Program-made: the position numbers and the translations under genes
Shown here: positions 1-9,923 of the stretch, piece after piece
Layout of the letters: each line of letters opens with the position of its first letter
How positions within the stretch are numbered: the first letter of the stretch is position 1
Assembly: GCA_963666275.2 (NCBI GenBank)
Contig: CAXXOA010000002.1
Coordinates: 1,088,001-1,152,000 of the forward strand
Reading direction: 5' to 3'
Length of the DNA stretch: 64,000 nucleotides
Source of the DNA: Oceanispirochaeta sp.
GTDB lineage: Bacteria; Spirochaetota; Spirochaetia; DSM-2461
Notes under the pieces: generated by a model
What the model was told of the DNA's origin: nothing
Seen by the model: the letters and a program-made list of their open reading frames with translations, nothing else
Databases searched by the model: none

Positions 1-1359
1 CCGAAAGCAGGAAATTCTGTTGAATCCTGTATTATTCTAGAGTGGTCGAAGCAGGAGGGAGATACTGTCGCTGTCGGTGACATCCTCTGTGAAGCAGAAA
101 CAGATAAAACTACTGTCTCGGTGGAATCTACAGCAGAAGGTGTTCTGCTGAAGCAGTTGTACAAGATTGACGATGACGTTCCCGTTATGCTTCCTCTGGC
201 TATTGTAGGCTCGGAAGGGGAAGATATTTCAGCTCTTCTGGCAGAGGTTCAGTCCGGTGATCAGAGCGCGGAAACGGAAGCCGCCCCGGCGGAGGAAAAT
301 GCCGCTCCGGCGGCCCCTGCCGCTGTTTCCGCAGCTGCCGCTCCAGCCGCCTCTGTTGAAGTCTCCGGTGAAACCGGAGGATTCGCTTCTCCCAGAGCCC
401 GAAATCTGGCTGCGGCCAAGGGAGTCAATCTCTCCTCCCTTCCCGGGACCGGTCCCGAAGGCAGGATCATAGAAAGGGATGTCCTTGCGGCGATGGAAGG
501 TCAGGCTCCCCTGACACCGGCAGCCCTAGAAGAGATGATCAGAACCGGTAAAACCGCTCCCGCTAAGGGAACAGGACTGGGAGGACGGGTTCTGAAATCC
601 GATCTGACCAGTGTCGCTCCCGCTCCGGCGGCTGTTTCTGCCGCAGTCTCTGCCGATTTCCCCGGACCTGTGGAAGAAATAAAAGTCAAAGGCGTGAGAA
701 AAGTCACAGCTTCGAGAATGCTCGAATCCATCACACAGACCGCGCAGCTGACAATGAATACCAGTGCCGATGCCACCCGCATCCTGGCCCTGAGAAAACG
801 GCTGAAAGAGTCTCCCGAAGAGATGGGCCTCCAGAAGGTGACCATCAACGATCTGGTCATGCTTGTGGCAGCCAGAACTCTCCGGGACTTCCCCGAAATG
901 AACGCCCACTGGCTGGGTGATACGATCCGTCAGTTTTCCCATGTGCATCTGGGATGCGCCGTCGATACGCCCCGGGGTCTGATGGTTCCCGTGATCCGCT
1001 TTGCGGATACTCTCAGCCTGAAAGCGCTGGGTCAGGAGTCCAAAAGACTTTTCAGCAAATGTCTGGAAGGACAGATCGAAGCGGAAGAGCTCTCGGGCGG
1101 AACCTTTACCATTACCAACCTGGGTGCCATGGGGATTGAAAGCTTCACCCCTGTTCTGAACAAACCGGAAGTGGGGATACTGGGAGTCTGCACTGTGCAG
1201 CCCAAGCCCGTAATGAAAGGGGAGGATGTCTCCTTTGTTCCCCATATGGGACTCTCTCTGACCTTTGACCATCAGGCAACCGACGGCGCTCCTGCCGGCA
1301 GGTTTCTGAAGGCTCTTGTAAATAATCTGGAAAATATTGATCTGGTTCTGGCACTGTAA
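1..1359 (+). CDS. 2-oxoacid dehydrogenase E2 dihydrolipoamide acyltransferase (5' end lies outside the window)
   Basis: Frame is open from base 1 (PKAGNSVESCIILEWSKQEGDTVAVGDILCEAETDKT, a lipoyl domain with ETDK). It continues through an Ala/Pro linker, an E3-binding GTGPEGRI motif, and a catalytic domain with GGTFTITNLG and DHQATDGA. Confidence 0.93.
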   Translation, partial: PKAGNSVESCIILEWSKQEGDTVAVGDILCEAETDKTTVSVESTAEGVLLKQLYKIDDDVPVMLPLAIVGSEGEDISALLAEVQSGDQSAETEAAPAEENAAPAAPAAVSAAAAPAASVEVSGETGGFASPRARNLAAAKGVNLSSLPGTGPEGRIIERDVLAAMEGQAPLTPAALEEMIRTGKTAPAKGTGLGGRVLKSDLTSVAPAPAAVSAAVSADFPGPVEEIKVKGVRKVTASRMLESITQTAQLTMNTSADATRILALRKRLKESPEEMGLQKVTINDLVMLVAARTLRDFPEMNAHWLGDTIRQFSHVHLGCAVDTPRGLMVPVIRFADTLSLKALGQESKRLFSKCLEGQIEAEELSGGTFTITNLGAMGIESFTPVLNKPEVGILGVCTVQPKPVMKGEDVSFVPHMGLSLTFDHQATDGAPAGRFLKALVNNLENIDLVLAL

Positions 1360-1376
1360 GGAGAAGGGTAGCTTAT

Positions 1377-2714
1377 ATGGATAAATACGATCTGATAGTT
1401 ATTGGAGCCGGTCCCGGCGGATATATCGCCGCTGAAAGGGCTGGTCATGAAGGGCTGAAAGTCCTTCTGATAGAAAAAGATAATCTGGGAGGGGTTTGTA
1501 CCAACTGGGGGTGTATTCCCACCAAAAGCCTTCTGAATTCCTCCAAGCTCTATAAAAAAGCCAAGTACAGCGAGTCTTTCGGTGTGACTGCGGAAAATGT
1601 CCAGTTCAGCCTGGAAAAAGCTATGGCTCACAAACAGGATACCATTGATACCCTGCGGAAAGGCATCGCCTTCCTTATGAAGAAAAACAAGGTCGATGTG
1701 GTTATGGCCGAAGCGGAGGTAACCGCAGCTGATACGGTTGTGGCCGACGGAAAGACCTACAAATGCGACAATCTGATTGTAGCCACAGGATCCACGGCCT
1801 TTGTTCCCCCCATTCCCGGATCAGATCTTCCCCATGTTCTTGATAACAAGGGAATCCTCAATGTCGAGAGGATCCCTGAGAATCTGGTCGTGATCGGCGG
1901 CGGCGTGATCGGCGTGGAGTTTGCTTCTTTTTTCAGCAATATCGGTGTGAATGTCTCAGTAGTGGAGATGATGGATGAAATCATCCCCCTGATGGATGCG
2001 GATTTTTCCGTTGCTCTGAGAAAGAGTCTGGACAAAGTGGATTTCCATCTGAAAGCCAGGGTAACCAGAATTGACGACAAGAAAGTTTACTTTGAAAAAG
2101 ATGGTAAAGAAACCGCTCTTGAGGCAGATATGGTCCTGATGGCCGTAGGCCGCCGTCCCATTACCATGGGACTGGAGAAAATCGGTCTGGATGTGGCTCC
2201 CCAGGGGATTCGGGTGGATGAACAGATGAAAACCAACCTTCCCGGTGTTTATGCCATCGGGGACGTAAACGGAAAGTCTCTCCTGGCGCATTCAGCCTCC
2301 CGTATGGCCGAAGTGGCAGTGAACTCCCTTCTGGGCAAGCAGGACCGGATGCGCTACAGCGCCGTGCCCTGGGCCCTTTATACCGAACCGGAAGCTGCGG
2401 GATGCGGTCTGACCGAGAAGGATGCAAAAGAGCAGGGATTCAGCGTGAAAACCGGGGTTATGCAGATGCGGGCCAACGGCCGCTTCCTGGCGGAGCAGGG
2501 TAAAAAGGCTCCGGGAATGTGCAAGGTTGTGGTAGATGCCGACAGCAATGAGATCCTGGGAGTTCATCTTCTGGGTTCCTACAGCTCCGAGATTATCCAC
2601 AGCGCCGCGGCTATGCTGGAGATGGAACTGCGGGTTCAGGATGTGAAAGAGATGATCTTTCCCCATCCTTCCATATCGGAAATTATTAAGGACGCCCTCT
2701 GGGAGATCGGTTGA
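1377..2714 (+). CDS. lpdA: dihydrolipoyl dehydrogenase (E3)
   Basis: GAGPGG FAD motif, redox disulfide GGVCTNWGCIPTK, NAD motif GGGVIG, C-terminal HPSISE. Confidence 0.95.
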   Translation: MDKYDLIVIGAGPGGYIAAERAGHEGLKVLLIEKDNLGGVCTNWGCIPTKSLLNSSKLYKKAKYSESFGVTAENVQFSLEKAMAHKQDTIDTLRKGIAFLMKKNKVDVVMAEAEVTAADTVVADGKTYKCDNLIVATGSTAFVPPIPGSDLPHVLDNKGILNVERIPENLVVIGGGVIGVEFASFFSNIGVNVSVVEMMDEIIPLMDADFSVALRKSLDKVDFHLKARVTRIDDKKVYFEKDGKETALEADMVLMAVGRRPITMGLEKIGLDVAPQGIRVDEQMKTNLPGVYAIGDVNGKSLLAHSASRMAEVAVNSLLGKQDRMRYSAVPWALYTEPEAAGCGLTEKDAKEQGFSVKTGVMQMRANGRFLAEQGKKAPGMCKVVVDADSNEILGVHLLGSYSSEIIHSAAAMLEMELRVQDVKEMIFPHPSISEIIKDALWEIG

Positions 2715-2854
2715 TTTTTTGCTCCATATCCTGCGTTGGAAAATACTCAGGTACATACGTACCTTCCGTTTTTCCTGCCCTGTATATGAAACAAATCCTT
2801 CAACCTTAAAGCAAAAAGAATTTAAGCGGCCCACCGGCCAAAGGAGATAAACAT

Positions 2855-5314
2855 ATGGCACAGCAAATTACGGTAGATCCCAAAAAGATCAGAGAATCTG
2901 GAGTGGTCAAACTGAAAGATATTCCCGTTAACCAGTACAAAGGGGATATCAAGGACGAGATCAAGAAATATGGTAAAGACGGCCTGAAACAGGCCTATTA
3001 CGATATGCTCGTGATCCGTGAGTTCGAATCCATGCTCAACTCTATTAAAAAAGAGGGGCATTACCAGGGAATCGAATACAATCACAGAGGTCCCGCCCAC
3101 CTGGCAATCGGTCAGGAGTCCGCCTATGTCGGTCAGGCACTGGCTCTGGATACGGATGACTTCATCTTCGGCTCTCACAGGTCTCACGGAGAGATCCTGG
3201 CCAAGTGTTTCAAAGCGGTTCACGCCATGAAAGAAGCCGACCTGACTTCCGTAATGGAATCCTTTATGGACGGTGATACTCTCAAGGTTGTTCAGGATCA
3301 CAATAACGGAAAGTCTGTACGGGACACGGCGGAAAACTTTGTCCTCTATGGTGCTCTTGCGGAAATCTTCGCCAGAAAAGCCGGTTTCAGCCGGGGGCTT
3401 GGCGGTTCCATGCACACCTTCTTCGCTCCTTTCGGAAGCATGCCCAACAATGCTATCGTCGGTGGTTCCGGAGATATTGCCCTGGGGGCGGCCCTCTTTA
3501 AGAGAGTGAACAGAAAGAACGGTATTGTCATTGCCAATATCGGTGACGGATCTCTGGCCTGCGGACCCGTATGGGAAGGTCTGATGATGGCCGCTATGGA
3601 TCAGTACAAGACCCTCTGGGACAAGGATCTGGGCGGTATGCCTCCCTATCTGCTCAATGTTTTCAATAACTTCTATGCCATGGGTGGTCAGCCTATCGGT
3701 GAAACCATGGGATTCGGAACCACCGCCCGCCTGGGTGCCGGTGTGAACGAAGACAATATGCATGCAGAACGGGTGGACGGATTCAATCCTCTGGCTGTCG
3801 CGGAAGCCACAGCAAGGAAGAAAGAGATCCTGCTGAAAGGACAGGGACCTGCCCTGCTGGATACAATCACCTATAGAATTTCCGGTCACTCTCCTTCGGA
3901 CGCCTCTTCCTACAGATCCAAAGAAGAGATCGATGCCTTTACTCAGATGGACTGCATCGTTGAGTTCGGTGACTACCTGAAAGCCGGTAAAGTGGCTACC
4001 CAGAAAGAACTGGATGCTATGAAAGAAACTGTTGTTGAGAAGATCACCACCACCATGAAGCTGGCAATTGATGATAAGATCAGTCCCCATGTGGATGGAC
4101 AGTTTATCGAGTCTGTTATGTTCTCCGGCGGAAATATTCCCAAGATGGAAGACAGGGAAGCCGAAGTCCTTCAGCCCCTGGAAGAAAACCCCCGGGTTAA
4201 ACAGCTCAAAAGAAAAGCCCGCTACGGTTACGATGAGAACGGCAAAAAACTGCCTGCCTCCAAAACCTATGCCTTCAGAGACGGTATCTTTGAAGCTATG
4301 GCTCACCGTTTTACAGAAGATCCCACTATGATTGCCTACGGAGAGGATGTGAGGGACTGGGGTGGTGCTTTTGCCTGCTACAGAGGTCTCACCGAGCTCC
4401 TTCCCTACCATAGATTTTTCAATTCACCCATTTCCGAAGCGTCCATTGTAGGGGCCGCTGTAGGATACGCCATGGCCGGAGGCCGGGCTGTTGTGGAGCT
4501 CATGTACTGCGACTTCCTGGGAAGAGCGGGAGACGAAGTCTTCAACCAGATGCCCAAATGGCAGTCCATGTCCGCAGGTGTTCTCAAAATGCCCCTGGTT
4601 CTAAGAGTTTCTGTCGGTGCCAAGTACGGCGCCCAGCACTCCCAGGACTGGTCGGCTCTTGTGGCCCATATCCCCGGACTGAAAGTCATGTTCCCCGCTA
4701 CTCCCTACGATGCGAAAGGAATGCTGAACCTGGCCCTGAGAGGAACCGATCCTGTGATCTTCCTGGAAAGCCAGAAGATTTACGGTGAAGCTGAACTCTT
4801 TGTGAAAGAGGGGGTTCCCGAAGGATACTATGAAGTGCCCGAAGGAGAACCTGCAGTACGGAAAGAGGGAAATGATCTGACTATCATGTCCATCGGTGCA
4901 ACCCTGTATCCTGCTATGGATGCAGCGAAAGAGCTGGAAGAGAAGTACGGCCTTTCTGTGGAAGTGATCGACCTGCGGTTCCTGAATCCCCTGAACTATG
5001 AACCTCTTGTGGAATCTCTGAAAAAAACAGGCCGCTGTCTTCTGGTTTCGGACGCAACAGAACGAGGTGCTTTCACTCATAACATCGCATCCAATCTGAG
5101 CCGTCTGGCCTTTGACTATCTGGATGCTCCCATTACAGTACTGGGATCCAGAAACTGGATTTCCCCCCCTGCAGAAATGGAAGAGATATTCTTTCCCCAG
5201 GTTTCCTGGATCGTCGATGCCGTTCATGAACAGATTATGCCGCTGGCAGGGCATAAGGTTGAAACAGTTCAGACCAATGGCGACTGGATCAGACGCCTGA
5301 GAGCAGGAGTATAA
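2855..5314 (+). CDS. fused E1 alpha/beta subunit of a ThDP-dependent 2-oxoacid (or acetoin-type) dehydrogenase
   Basis: E1alpha motifs (HLAIGQE, HRSHG, GLGGSMH, GDG...NN ThDP motif, TYRISGHS) followed by E1beta/transketolase motifs ([29 protein letters not shown]). Confidence 0.92.
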   Translation: MAQQITVDPKKIRESGVVKLKDIPVNQYKGDIKDEIKKYGKDGLKQAYYDMLVIREFESMLNSIKKEGHYQGIEYNHRGPAHLAIGQESAYVGQALALDTDDFIFGSHRSHGEILAKCFKAVHAMKEADLTSVMESFMDGDTLKVVQDHNNGKSVRDTAENFVLYGALAEIFARKAGFSRGLGGSMHTFFAPFGSMPNNAIVGGSGDIALGAALFKRVNRKNGIVIANIGDGSLACGPVWEGLMMAAMDQYKTLWDKDLGGMPPYLLNVFNNFYAMGGQPIGETMGFGTTARLGAGVNEDNMHAERVDGFNPLAVAEATARKKEILLKGQGPALLDTITYRISGHSPSDASSYRSKEEIDAFTQMDCIVEFGDYLKAGKVATQKELDAMKETVVEKITTTMKLAIDDKISPHVDGQFIESVMFSGGNIPKMEDREAEVLQPLEENPRVKQLKRKARYGYDENGKKLPASKTYAFRDGIFEAMAHRFTEDPTMIAYGEDVRDWGGAFACYRGLTELLPYHRFFNSPISEASIVGAAVGYAMAGGRAVVELMYCDFLGRAGDEVFNQMPKWQSMSAGVLKMPLVLRVSVGAKYGAQHSQDWSALVAHIPGLKVMFPATPYDAKGMLNLALRGTDPVIFLESQKIYGEAELFVKEGVPEGYYEVPEGEPAVRKEGNDLTIMSIGATLYPAMDAAKELEEKYGLSVEVIDLRFLNPLNYEPLVESLKKTGRCLLVSDATERGAFTHNIASNLSRLAFDYLDAPITVLGSRNWISPPAEMEEIFFPQVSWIVDAVHEQIMPLAGHKVETVQTNGDWIRRLRAGV

Positions 5315-5350
5315 CCTTTTAAACTTTTTAGAATAGATTTGTGATTTTTT

Positions 5351-5390
5351 GCGGCCCCGGTTCTCCTCCTTTTCCGGGGCCGCTCCTTTT
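5351..5390. terminator. probable intrinsic terminator between convergent genes
   Basis: Perfect 10-bp stem GCGGCCCCGG (5351-5360) / CCGGGGCCGC (5374-5383) followed by TCCTTTT. Confidence 0.75.
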
Positions 5391-5421
5391 ATATCAAATC
5401 TGTTGTTTAAAGACTTATGAG

Positions 5422-6738
5422 CTACCTGTAACTCATCATGATTTTTTCTATATCTTCCCTCAACTCTTTTATGCCCGTCTCGGTATCCCTGTCCTCTACT
5501 ACTATCTGAAAAAGGCTTTGTCCGATAAAGTCGTCCATAGATCTATACCATTTGAAATCCGGATCAAGATAGCTGTTCTGTATCAGCGAGGTGAGCAGAG
5601 GATAGTTCAGAAGGTTCATCTCCTCCAGGTCCGAATCGCTGCTGTTGTAGATGGTATTCACCACATTCCTGTTGGCAGGGAGCGTATTGGTTTTGTTCCA
5701 TATCTCAGTCTGGAACTCTTCGTCACTTGTCAGGAATTTTAGAAAGGCGAAAGCCTCCTCTTTATGCCGGGACCGGGAACTCATCCCCACCTGGAGGGTA
5801 TAGAGCTTGGAAGAGCTTTTTCCGGAAGGGCCAGCCGGGAGGGGGATGGCGTCCCATTCAAAGTTTTCATATTTCAGAATCCTGTAGGGGTAGGTGCCGT
5901 ACACCTTGTATTCTGAAAAATTGAAACTCTTGAATCCTACATTTCCTGCTTCAAAATCCTCCTCCCTGACTATCTGTCCCTGATTCAGTTTGTGCATTTT
6001 TTTGAGATACTCCAGAGTCTGGGTCATCCTGCCGTTTTCAAAACCGATTTTCGGTTTGTCAGGATAAAACAGGTAGTCTTCGTTGGTATAGAAAGCATGG
6101 TGCCAGTCATATCCGAAAATTCCGAAAGTATCCGGTTCGCCGTCTCTGTCGCTGTCCTGTGTCAGAGCTCTGCAGATTCTGTATAACTGATCCCAGTTCC
6201 AGTTGTTCCTGTCTATCTCAATACCGGCATCGGAGAGAAGCGTTTTATTCACTGCCAGGAATGAGGGGACAACCGACAGGGGGAGCGAGTACTGTCCTCC
6301 GTTGAATACTCCTGCCTCCAGGGCCCGGGAGTAGTAGGAGTCCCAGGGGAAATCTCTGTCCTCCGAGATAAAGTCATCCAGGTTCTGAAGGAGTCCGATG
6401 GAGGCGTAGGTGTTGAAGTCTTCCTCCACAAGAAGAAACAGGTCCGGTTCCTGACCTTTCAATACCCTCTGGGCCAGCCATTCGGAGTAGTAATTGTACA
6501 TGGTTCCCGTTTTCAGTCGTATCTGTATATTCCGGTTTTCCGGACGGCTGAGAAAAATCTCAATGGCTCTGTCATAAACCGAATAGACAAAGGCCTGGGG
6601 AATACCCCAGCTGTTTCCCGAGTAGACAGACATTTCCAGAACTACTGTCCGGGAAGGGATATACAGGGCCCAGAAGGACGCTGTCCCTAGTACCCCCAGC
6701 AACAGGATCAGGCTGAGTCTCTTATACCTGTTCTTCAT
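5422..6738 (-). CDS. extracellular solute-binding protein (carbohydrate ABC family 1), encoded directly after the two-component system
   Basis: N-terminal hydrophobic anchor (MKNRYKRLSLILLLGVLGTASFWALY), then PDLF, GLLQNLD, YSLP, NKTLL, WNWDQL motifs. Start moved to ATG 6738, which overlaps the regulator end. Confidence 0.8.
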   Translation of the reverse strand: MKNRYKRLSLILLLGVLGTASFWALYIPSRTVVLEMSVYSGNSWGIPQAFVYSVYDRAIEIFLSRPENRNIQIRLKTGTMYNYYSEWLAQRVLKGQEPDLFLLVEEDFNTYASIGLLQNLDDFISEDRDFPWDSYYSRALEAGVFNGGQYSLPLSVVPSFLAVNKTLLSDAGIEIDRNNWNWDQLYRICRALTQDSDRDGEPDTFGIFGYDWHHAFYTNEDYLFYPDKPKIGFENGRMTQTLEYLKKMHKLNQGQIVREEDFEAGNVGFKSFNFSEYKVYGTYPYRILKYENFEWDAIPLPAGPSGKSSSKLYTLQVGMSSRSRHKEEAFAFLKFLTSDEEFQTEIWNKTNTLPANRNVVNTIYNSSDSDLEEMNLLNYPLLTSLIQNSYLDPDFKWYRSMDDFIGQSLFQIVVEDRDTETGIKELREDIEKIMMSYR

Positions 6739-7399
6739 GAAAACTCTTGAGCATGATACCGGACTGAATGGCAAAAATAGCAATCTGGGTCCGGTCCCGG
6801 AGATCCAGTTTTTTCAGAATCATGCTGATGTAGTTCCGAACGGTCCCTTCGGAAAAGTTGATCTCGCTGACAATCTCCTTATTGGAGTATCCTCTCCCTA
6901 TGAGTTGAATAATCTTCAGTTCAATTTCATTGAGCTCTTCAATCTCCTCCTGCTTCTGATTAATGAAGAAGGATTTTGCCATTTTACCGAAAATACTGAA
7001 AACTTTGCTGGCCGTATCAGGTTCGATAGATGCTCCTCCCTGATAGACCGTTTCTATGCTGTTGATAAGGTCGGATTTGGATATTCCCTTAAGCAGAAAT
7101 CCGTCGGCACCGTTCTTCAGAGCATTATAGATGTACTCTTCACTGTCGAATGTGGTCAGCATAATGATTTTAATTCTGCTGTCCTTCTCTTTTATCAGAT
7201 TTACACACTCTATGCCGTTCAGTTCGGGCATACGGATGTCCATCATGATAATATCCGGCTTCATTTCCAGAGCTTTCTGAACCGTCTCTCTGCCGTTGCC
7301 TGCGGTTCCGATGACCTCAAAACGGCTGTCTGAACTTATTAGAAGTTCCAGGCTGTCCCGGATAATTTCCTGATCATCTGCAATCAAAACCTTAATCAT
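6722..7399 (-). CDS. NarL/LuxR-family response regulator
   Basis: Receiver domain (IADD, MDIRMP, LTT, FLLK) plus LuxR HTH (GYSNKEI...SEGTVRNYIS...DRTQ). Confidence 0.95.
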   Translation of the reverse strand: MIKVLIADDQEIIRDSLELLISSDSRFEVIGTAGNGRETVQKALEMKPDIIMMDIRMPELNGIECVNLIKEKDSRIKIIMLTTFDSEEYIYNALKNGADGFLLKGISKSDLINSIETVYQGGASIEPDTASKVFSIFGKMAKSFFINQKQEEIEELNEIELKIIQLIGRGYSNKEIVSEINFSEGTVRNYISMILKKLDLRDRTQIAIFAIQSGIMLKSFHEEQV

Positions 7400-8697
7400 A
7401 TCAGGGACTCTCTCCTCAATGGGATCCGGGCGATTGTCCGGAATCCTTTTTCCTTTTCTGTGATAAACCGGAGGTTTCCTCCCAGCATATTCACCTGCTC
7501 CTCCATATGGGAGAGGCCGAAATTCTTCAGAATTTTAGGGCAGCCGACTCCGTCGTCAGATATTTCTACAAACAGCGATGATTCCTGAAATTTCATGACG
7601 ATTTCAATATGCCGGGCCTTTCCATGTCTGATGGAGTTGGTGGTGCTCTCCTGGATCAGCCTGTATACGGTCAGTTCCTCGTCATGCTGCATGGCCGGGT
7701 ACTCCCCGACTATTGTCAGTTGAGCGTCCTGCTTTCCCAGGGAGTTGATATTCTCCACCATATCCCGGACCGCCTTCAGCAGGGAGGCTTCGTCAATCAC
7801 ATCCGACTTCAGCTCTTTTACGGATCGTCTGATATCCAGCAGTCCCTTGTCCGATACATCCTTGATTTTTTTCAGCTGCTTACCCAGGGGGGATGCGGTC
7901 TGACCGGCAATTTCCATGCAAGCCTCCAGACCTGTGGAAATGCAGGTGAGCGAGTGTCCCAGAATATCATGGATTTCATGGGCCAGTCGGTTCCTTTCCT
8001 TCATCCGGCCTGCTTCCTCCAGTTTCTCATTGGCCAGTTTCAGTTCTGCCAGGTTGTTTTTCAATCTGCTGTTCAGCTGGATGAACTCCTTGTTTTCCCG
8101 GATTTTACTCTGAATGAACAGGTAGAAGAAGGCCATGACCAGAATCAGATTAATTGATTCCAGGAAGCTTTTGATTCCGAAAAGGTAGAATTGGGTCGTC
8201 GGGTGATAGTAGTCCATATACTCCTGGAACGGTACCATATTGACCTGGACAGTGAGCAGATCATAATCAAAAAGGATATAACAGCTCAATGTCACAATCA
8301 GGATCACCAGACGGAGCGTCATTCCCTGGATATGCAGGAAAAGGCCGGCGCAGACAAAGAGAAAAAATCCTTTATAACTGAAGTTCAGAGTATAGGTGAT
8401 CAGTCCGAAGAGAATCAGATCCGTCAGGTAGAGAATTATGATTTTTGTTGTCTGCCCGTAAAAAACCTTATGTTTCAGTATATTGGATATTCCGATGGCC
8501 GACAGCAGAGCCAGGCTGTATGTGGGAACCTTCCAGGCCACATGGGGTAGGTACCTTGCCATCTCCAGAAAATCCCTGGCCTGATAGTCATTGCAGATCT
8601 TGTAGATCGTAAGGCAGATTGTCATGGACAGGAAGGCAGTAATAATATAATTCAAACCATAAAGGGCGTTGTAAATCTGTTTTACCCGAAGTTGCAT
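7396..8697 (-). CDS. membrane sensor histidine kinase (HisKA_3 type)
   Basis: Multiple N-terminal TM segments, ERNRLAHEIHDILGHSLT H-box, QESTTNSIRHG N-box, DDGVG, FGLSHMEE. Confidence 0.93.
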   Translation of the reverse strand: MQLRVKQIYNALYGLNYIITAFLSMTICLTIYKICNDYQARDFLEMARYLPHVAWKVPTYSLALLSAIGISNILKHKVFYGQTTKIIILYLTDLILFGLITYTLNFSYKGFFLFVCAGLFLHIQGMTLRLVILIVTLSCYILFDYDLLTVQVNMVPFQEYMDYYHPTTQFYLFGIKSFLESINLILVMAFFYLFIQSKIRENKEFIQLNSRLKNNLAELKLANEKLEEAGRMKERNRLAHEIHDILGHSLTCISTGLEACMEIAGQTASPLGKQLKKIKDVSDKGLLDIRRSVKELKSDVIDEASLLKAVRDMVENINSLGKQDAQLTIVGEYPAMQHDEELTVYRLIQESTTNSIRHGKARHIEIVMKFQESSLFVEISDDGVGCPKILKNFGLSHMEEQVNMLGGNLRFITEKEKGFRTIARIPLRRESLI

Positions 8698-8755
8698 ATC
8701 CGCTCTATTGTAACCCTGTTTAATGAAATTCCATAAAAAGATTTTTCTGGAATTT

Positions 8756-8795
8756 TGTCATTTTGAAAATGACATTTGTCATTTTAATTGTGACA
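8756..8795. promoter_or_regulatory. tandem inverted repeats TGTCA-N9-TGACA x2, candidate response-regulator sites
   Basis: TGTCATTTTGAAAATGACA (8756-8774) and TGTCATTTTAATTGTGACA (8777-8795) in the divergent intergenic region. Confidence 0.6.
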
Positions 8796-8906
8796 TTTTA
8801 TTCGTTGTGATATCAGTATATCCCCTATATCCTGATTTCAGGTTTGATGATTGGTACCACTCAAGCGAAATTGTTTAAAACTCAAAAATGTGAAAAGGGA
8901 GTAGAA

Positions 8907-9842
8907 ATGAAAAAACTGTTAACTGTCCTTCTTGTTCTGCTGATGGCGGCGTCCGCTGTAATGGCTAACGGCCAGCAGGAAGAGTCCTCCGGATATACAT
9001 TCGGATATACATGTATGACCATGAACAATCCGTTCTTCATCGCTTTGGAAGGTTCCATTCGTGATGCTGTAGAGTCCAACGGCGATAAACTGATCACAAT
9101 GGATCCCGCCATGGATGTAGCGAAACAGATCAATCAGATTGATGACCTGATTATTCAGGGAATCGACCTTATTTTCCTGAATCCTGTAGACTGGGAAGGT
9201 GTCAGACCCGCCCTTGTCGCTCTTGAACGAGCCGGAATCCCCATTGTGAATTTCGATACGGAAGTGAAAGATATGGAGTATGTGACAGCCTATGCCGGTT
9301 CGGATAACAAGAATGCCGGTTTCGTCTGTGGTCAGGACCTTGTGGAAAGGTATCCCGACGGAGGCAATATCGTTGTTCTTGATTCTCCCACTATGAACTC
9401 CATCAATGACAGAATCGCCGGTTTTATGGACGCCATTGAGGGCAAAGGTTTCACTATCGTTGCTCAGCAGGATGCCAAAGGTGACCTTCCTACTGCTATG
9501 GAGCTGATGGATGACATCCTTCAGGCACATACTGATATCATAGCCATTATGGGTGGAAACGATCCCACCGCACTGGGAGCCCTGGCTGCCTGTAAATCTG
9601 CCAATAGAACAGACATCCTGATCTACGGTGTAGACGGATCCCCCGAAGCCAAATCCGAGATTGCTTCCGGAAGTCAGTTCGTCGGATCAGGAGCTCAGTC
9701 TCCTATCTCTATCGGACTGGAATCTGTAGATCTGGGATACAAAATCCTGGCGGGAGAATCCTATCAGGAAAGAGTTCCTGTAAAAACCTTCCTTATCAAT
9801 GAAGAGAATGTGGGTGAATACGGAACAGACGGCTGGCAGTAA
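8907..9842 (+). CDS. sugar ABC transporter substrate-binding protein (RbsB-like)
   Basis: Signal peptide MKKLLTV...ANGQQE after an AAGGGAG RBS; NNPFF, DNKNAG, NDPTALGA, YGVDG motifs. Confidence 0.9.
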   Translation: MKKLLTVLLVLLMAASAVMANGQQEESSGYTFGYTCMTMNNPFFIALEGSIRDAVESNGDKLITMDPAMDVAKQINQIDDLIIQGIDLIFLNPVDWEGVRPALVALERAGIPIVNFDTEVKDMEYVTAYAGSDNKNAGFVCGQDLVERYPDGGNIVVLDSPTMNSINDRIAGFMDAIEGKGFTIVAQQDAKGDLPTAMELMDDILQAHTDIIAIMGGNDPTALGALAACKSANRTDILIYGVDGSPEAKSEIASGSQFVGSGAQSPISIGLESVDLGYKILAGESYQERVPVKTFLINEENVGEYGTDGWQ

Positions 9843-9923
9843 GCCCTGTTAATTTAAGGAAAATTTGAACTCCCGTCCTCCCTGGGCGGGGGTTGTTTTA
9901 TCAAATAATGAGAGGCGGAAATT

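Noticed and set aside
121..1359. ORF-track start at 121 for E2
   Set aside because: The frame is open upstream and includes the lipoyl ETDK motif, so the true start is before the window
2822..4411. 529-aa minus-strand ORF
   Set aside because: Antisense shadow of the E1 gene; no recognisable motifs
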